This document shows, piece by piece, positions 59,541-64,000 of a DNA stretch of 64,000 nt. The number at the start of each line of letters is the position of its first letter. Position 1 is the stretch's first letter. The position numbers were made by a program, and so were the translations under genes. The stretch comes from a virus (taxonomy: Duplodnaviria > Caudoviricetes), in the IMG/VR virus record IMGVR_UViG_2902759955_000002, positions 32,001 to 96,000 of that record; one strand, written 5' to 3'. The notes under the pieces were generated by a model. That model searched no databases. It was not told where the DNA came from and saw only the letters and a list, made by a program, of their open reading frames with translations.

Positions 59541-60217
59541 GATACAAGTCCTGCAGGTTGTAGGTGCATGCTGATCAGCATGGAGTTCAGCGTCTGTGTG
59601 GACTTCACACCGCCGCGCAGATGTTCAATGGCTTTCTGCGACGCACCCCCGGTGCGCGCAAAGCTGTCATTGAGTGCGTTGAACCCCTTGGTGTCGCCAC
59701 CACGGATCGCCGTCATCTCGACAATGTTCTTGTCGAGCTTCAGCGCTGCCAGCACCTGTGTCTCCGGATACGAGATCCGCGACGCTTCCGACTTGCCAGA
59801 AGGCTGCCCCGTCAGGTCATCGACACTGCGGTTGTCTTCCGGCACGGACATCTTCTTGACCTGCAACTGCGCCTGACGACGCAAGATCATGTCGCCCACC
59901 AGGTATCGCACCGGTGAGAGATAGGGCGGGATGTCGTTGCCCGGATCAATCCAGAGCCGCTCGAAGAAGTTGTGGCCCAACTCGTCGGCAAGGTTCAGGT
60001 TGTTCGCCACCGTCACTTTCGCTTTCGCGAAGTTCGGTGCAATCACGGCAAGACGGATTTCCTTGCGGCCGAGCTTCCCCATGAAGTCATCGAACGTCTC
60101 GTCATCCATCTCAGCGAAGAGATCCTTGTAGATCTGGACGTTGCTCGTATCGCCCGGCAATAGCTTGCCGATATATTCGAGAATGAACGCCTCGCTTTCC
60201 TTACGTTTCTTTTTCAT
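59537..60217 (-). CDS. Virion RNA polymerase beta C-terminal subunit (gp149-like)
   Basis: RRQAQ...KK, DDLTGQPSG...RISYPE, RGGD, corresponding to the beta LVTQQP/GEME region. Confidence 0.85.
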   Translation of the reverse strand: MKKKRKESEAFILEYIGKLLPGDTSNVQIYKDLFAEMDDETFDDFMGKLGRKEIRLAVIAPNFAKAKVTVANNLNLADELGHNFFERLWIDPGNDIPPYLSPVRYLVGDMILRRQAQLQVKKMSVPEDNRSVDDLTGQPSGKSEASRISYPETQVLAALKLDKNIVEMTAIRGGDTKGFNALNDSFARTGGASQKAIEHLRGGVKSTQTLNSMLISMHLQPAGLVS

Positions 60218-60728
60218 CCTTCACCCGTTTGTCCGCATCCACCAGAAAGATCGTGGGCTCGATCTCACGTCGACGTGCTTCCTCAATCATGTTTCGGGTG
60301 CCGGTGGATTTACCGTCCCAGAACACGACGAGCTTCGTCATGACGTTTGCCATCTCGGCATTGCGCTGATGCCCCGCCACGACGTTGTAATCGCGGCCAG
60401 TGCGGTGATTGCGTCGAACCACCGCACCAGGCACAGTCAGATCGTCCCACTTCGCCGGGAACTCAGTCCAGGCGAGACCATTCTCACGACACCAGCGAAT
60501 GGTCATATCATCAGCGCCAGTACGGGCCTTGCCACTGACGAAGATGAGTGAGGTACCGGGATGTTCGCGAAGGACGTAACCCTCGAGTTCCCGAACGAAC
60601 CGATCGTAGTCGTTGAAGTTCCGACTGCCTGCCACCACGATCACTTCGTCGAAGTCCGCAATCGCTTCATGCGACAGCGGTGCGTGTTCGATCAAGCCAA
60701 CAGCGGCAGCTCGTGCGTCATGATGCAT
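60201..60728 (-). CDS. SLOG/YspA (DUF2493)-like protein
   Basis: VVAGSRNF.DY, VSGKARTGAD, AGHQRNAEMA, FWDGKSTGT.NMI. Confidence 0.8.
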   Translation of the reverse strand: MHHDARAAAVGLIEHAPLSHEAIADFDEVIVVAGSRNFNDYDRFVRELEGYVLREHPGTSLIFVSGKARTGADDMTIRWCRENGLAWTEFPAKWDDLTVPGAVVRRNHRTGRDYNVVAGHQRNAEMANVMTKLVVFWDGKSTGTRNMIEEARRREIEPTIFLVDADKRVKDEKET

Positions 60729-61051
60729 GGCAGAACTCCAACGGTGAACAGGCGCTTCCAGTCGTCGACGGACCCTTCACGATCCACGAGGCTGTAACGG
60801 ACATCCATCGTGTCGATCTGCTTGACCTCGTTCAGGCGACCGATAATCACACGCCACGCGCGGTTGATCGCGAAGCGCTGATAGTTCTGGTCTTCCAATG
60901 AATCTACGCCGGCCTGGAGGTGCTTCAGCCAGTCGTGCGGGCGCGGGTGTCCCTTCTCCTGCAACAGCTCGGTGACCCAGGTCACGAGGTTGGAGGATGG
61001 TGGATTACTTTGCTCCGATATCTCGGAGTTTTTCTCTACATCATGAGTCAT
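60692..61051 (-). CDS. Hypothetical protein
   Basis: 119-aa ORF. Confidence 0.6.
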   Translation of the reverse strand: MTHDVEKNSEISEQSNPPSSNLVTWVTELLQEKGHPRPHDWLKHLQAGVDSLEDQNYQRFAINRAWRVIIGRLNEVKQIDTMDVRYSLVDREGSVDDWKRLFTVGVLPCIMTHELPLLA

Positions 61052-61131
61052 GGCAGTATTTATTACCCAGTAATCTTATTAATCACGCTAAATGGCGCAT
61101 TTTTAATGACGCCATTTAGATTTCAGTGCGG

Positions 61132-61476
61132 TTATTCAGCAGTGGGCTGTTTCGCTTTCCACTCTTTGTAGTAGGCGAGGGCGCTGCCTTCCGGCAGGGA
61201 TTCAAACCGGCCGTCTTCCATCTGTTCCTGTGAACGGTGCGCCGTACGACCGTCGACCATCAGGTAGGCGTAGGAATCTTTCCAGCCATCGCCTTCCTTC
61301 TTCACGTTCTCGTTGGGCAGCCCGGTGATGATGTACACGCCACCTGTCTCCAGATGGCGCACCTCTTCGCCGATGCGGAACCTGAACAAGCCCGACGTGG
61401 CATCGAGCTGGATCGTGAGCTGCTGTTGCAGGTACGGGTGCACCCCAGCGATCTGCTGGCGCTTTGCGTCATCCAT
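61132..61476 (-). CDS. DUF1653-like small protein
   Basis: RH..TGGVY.I, Y.Y....G....R....M.DGRF; GAGGA SD. Confidence 0.55.
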   Translation of the reverse strand: MDDAKRQQIAGVHPYLQQQLTIQLDATSGLFRFRIGEEVRHLETGGVYIITGLPNENVKKEGDGWKDSYAYLMVDGRTAHRSQEQMEDGRFESLPEGSALAYYKEWKAKQPTAE

Positions 61477-61486
61477 GGTGTTTTCC

Positions 61487-62992
61487 TCAGGCCGCAGCCA
61501 GGTAAGTGAAGCCGTCGCGTTCCGCGCAGCGCTGGATCAGATCGAGGTACTGCGGCAACGGCTTCTTGTCTTCGCCCATCCAGTACGGGAAGTAGTGGTC
61601 GCGATCTTCCTTCGGCAGCGTCATGCGCAGCAGATCCATCGTCGAGAGGAAGGGCAACTCGTGTTGCTCGCCGTGTTCGTGCGTCCACCAGCCGCGGGTC
61701 GTCAGCAGAATGCTCCAGTCGAAGCCATCCGCTTTCAGCTTCTCGTAGAGATCCTTCGGGGCAATCTTGAACTCGGGACGCAGCGTGTGCCACAGGTAGC
61801 TCATCTGGCACATCTCGGAGGTGATGTTCAGTGCCCGGCGCAGCATCGGGTCGCTGTCGATCTTGCGCCGCACCGTGGTGCGCTGCAGTTTGACCTCCGG
61901 ATAGATCGCGAGGCTGTAGTTGATGTTGTTGCCTTCCAGCCCGAAACGACCCTGCTCCTTGATGTGGTGGAACTCGGTAAGCGACGGCAGCACGCCTTCC
62001 TTCTGGGAGACGATGAGCGTGAACGCCATGCCCGACACACCTGACTTCGAGCGCAGGTTACGGATCTGCACTGTGTTCAGGTCGGTATCGAGCTTGAGCG
62101 TGTCGTCCTGGTTCCGTGGGTATTCCGGCGCGCGGTTGCTGTCGAAGAGCGGTGCCGAGTTGAAGCAGTGCCAGAGATTGTGCGTGATGAAGGTGAACTT
62201 GTCGGTCACGCCCTTGATCTTGTCGCCGTTCTTCAGGTGCTTGAGCTTCTGGATCGGTACCGAGCCAGCGGGACCAGCGTTTTGCAGCGTCGATTCCTTG
62301 CCGAGGTGGGCCACCATCTGCAGGTAGTCGTAGGCCTGACCATGCAGGCGCGGAGCTTCCATCAGGATCCGGGTCTTGGCCAGACCCTGACGTTGGTGGA
62401 TCATGTTCCCGCCGCCTTCACCCAGATCGTTCTTGTCCTGCATCTCGATCACGTCGCTCGTCTCGAATTCCGAGAACGAGTCGATCTCGGTGAACGTCGG
62501 GATGAGCATGGTGAACGCACCCGTGCGCTCCCGGTTCCAGAAGGGCGTATTGACAACGATGTCCTTACGCTTGACCTTCTCCTCGAGCTCCTTTTTGTGC
62601 TCCTTGTACCACTCGTCGCCAACGTAGACCGTCTTGTCGGTAATGGACCAGCGGCCAGTGTCGAGCACATCTTCGCCGTGGAAGGCTTCGATCCGCGATA
62701 CCACTTCACGCTGGTGATCTTCGTGGATGTTCACTTCGGTGTCGTACGTCTTCCCAGTCGAAAACATCATGCGCGACATAGCCGTCAGCGTCTGGAAGTG
62801 TTCGAAGGTGGACTTGAAGTTGTTACCAATCCCCGTGTAGCCCGTGATGGCAGCAAGGCCACCGTTGAGCACCGATTCGTTTCGGCGCCCCTTGATGTAA
62901 TGCCCGGTGCTGATATCGAGCCCCGCGCCGATATTGATCATCAATTTGATGTGGGCCGCAGGGGTCAGTTTTGTTCGGAGGTCAATTTGCAT
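61487..62992 (-). CDS. uvsX: UvsX/RecA-like recombinase (phiKZ gp152-like)
   Basis: Walker A GIGNNFKS, YDTE, Walker B EIDSFS, RSKSG.SG, VSQKEG. Confidence 0.85.
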   Translation of the reverse strand: MQIDLRTKLTPAAHIKLMINIGAGLDISTGHYIKGRRNESVLNGGLAAITGYTGIGNNFKSTFEHFQTLTAMSRMMFSTGKTYDTEVNIHEDHQREVVSRIEAFHGEDVLDTGRWSITDKTVYVGDEWYKEHKKELEEKVKRKDIVVNTPFWNRERTGAFTMLIPTFTEIDSFSEFETSDVIEMQDKNDLGEGGGNMIHQRQGLAKTRILMEAPRLHGQAYDYLQMVAHLGKESTLQNAGPAGSVPIQKLKHLKNGDKIKGVTDKFTFITHNLWHCFNSAPLFDSNRAPEYPRNQDDTLKLDTDLNTVQIRNLRSKSGVSGMAFTLIVSQKEGVLPSLTEFHHIKEQGRFGLEGNNINYSLAIYPEVKLQRTTVRRKIDSDPMLRRALNITSEMCQMSYLWHTLRPEFKIAPKDLYEKLKADGFDWSILLTTRGWWTHEHGEQHELPFLSTMDLLRMTLPKEDRDHYFPYWMGEDKKPLPQYLDLIQRCAERDGFTYLAAA

Positions 62993-63118
62993 TGTCGAGT
63001 TGCTCGTACATAGCCCTATGAAAAGGCGTTGGTTTTCTGACGGCGTTTCAAACAATGGCTCGACCAAAGTAATTTTATAGCGCAGCTCTGCCTGTTCTTT
63101 TTATCTCCGGACAACTAC

Positions 63119-63940
63119 ATGACAACCCTGCTTGAGAACCAACGCGCCGTGGTGGCGCTCGAAGCGTTTGCCCTGGAAGACATCACTGGTCTCTTGCACC
63201 GGGTGTTCCCTGCGATTCACCAAGGCTTTCGTACCCTCTACGACGAACTGATCTCCCCCAATGATCAGAGCGTGGCGCCGCTCACGGCTGACCAGGCGAA
63301 ATTCCTCAAGCTGATCACAGGCCGCAACTACATCTCCATCTCGCCGCTGCCTGCTCGGGTGCCGGAAGGGCTGAAGGTGCCGTTCCTGGTCTACGGAGAG
63401 GCGCTGACCACAGCGAGCAACCATGCCGCGAAGATCCTCGACGAGCTCTCTGTTTTCACGCTCTTTCTGGGAAAGCTCATCAACGAGCACACCTACCAGT
63501 ACGGCACCGACTACAACCCAGCCTTCTACAGCAAGATGCGCATCGCCCGCGTGCTGGACAATAAGCAACTGGGCGCCTGCTTTCAGCCGGGATCGACCAA
63601 AGCCGAACGCACCTTCGGCGACGTCGTCGGTCGTAACGCAGACTGGCGCAGTGTCTTCGAAGTCGCGAATCTGGTGAGTGCGACGATCGAAACCGTGAAC
63701 CGTCGTACGGTCTTGAAGAAGATCGAGGAAGCGGGCCAGCTGCTAGATGTGCTGGAAAAGAAGATCGCGCGCAAGGAACTCGACGGCATCACGCCGGAGA
63801 TGATCACCTCGCTCTCGGCCGGTGCCTACGAGATGGGTGAACAACTGGAGATGTACAGTGCGGTCTGGTACAAGGTGCAGGCTTTCGTCACGGCTGTTAA
63901 CGAATGCACCCAGGTGGTCAACCGTGCCTTTGACCGGTAA
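63119..63940 (+). CDS. Virion head protein with N-terminal propeptide
   Basis: VALEAFALED tandem A-X-E protease motifs. Confidence 0.65.
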   Translation: MTTLLENQRAVVALEAFALEDITGLLHRVFPAIHQGFRTLYDELISPNDQSVAPLTADQAKFLKLITGRNYISISPLPARVPEGLKVPFLVYGEALTTASNHAAKILDELSVFTLFLGKLINEHTYQYGTDYNPAFYSKMRIARVLDNKQLGACFQPGSTKAERTFGDVVGRNADWRSVFEVANLVSATIETVNRRTVLKKIEEAGQLLDVLEKKIARKELDGITPEMITSLSAGAYEMGEQLEMYSAVWYKVQAFVTAVNECTQVVNRAFDR

Positions 63941-63948
63941 GCGAACGG

Positions 63949-63994
63949 CATAAGAGCCAGAGGAGACCCGCGAAGGTCTCCTCTGGCTTGTATG
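63949..63994. terminator. Hairpin terminator flanked by CATA/TATG
   Basis: AGCCAGAGGAGACC/GGTCTCCTCTGGCT. Confidence 0.8.
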
Positions 63995-64000
63995 ACGCTT

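Noticed and set aside
1-64000. CRISPR arrays, tRNAs, stop-codon recoding
   Set aside because: No repeat-spacer array or cloverleaf seen by eye; core genes are intact in the standard code and use all three stop codons

Overview
This window is part of a GC-rich phiKZ-like (Chimalliviridae-type, probably nucleus-forming) jumbo phage genome. The host is probably a Burkholderiales bacterium, judged from recalled similarity of RecJ and AcpP. Recognisable core genes are the PhuZ tubulin, large terminase, tail sheath and tube, prohead protease, three virion RNA polymerase subunits (the large beta subunit is split by a group I intron carrying an HNH endonuclease), a 2365-aa tape-measure/tail lysin with a GH19 domain, and UvsX/RecA. 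Accessory genes include RecJ, a macro-domain protein, a GNAT, an RNA ligase, a gp49-family protein, NADAR-like and SLOG-like proteins, and a free-standing GIY-YIG endonuclease. The most unusual locus lies just downstream of phuZ: a tandem (histidine phosphatase + acyl carrier protein) x2 cassette bracketed by two ~0.55 kb, apparently non-coding, stem-rich regions. One of these looks like a large pseudoknotted RNA containing a Shine-Dalgarno-led three-codon minigene. All family and phiKZ gp assignments come from motif recognition and recall, not database searches. Several start codons were moved from the ORF track using Shine-Dalgarno sites and overlaps.
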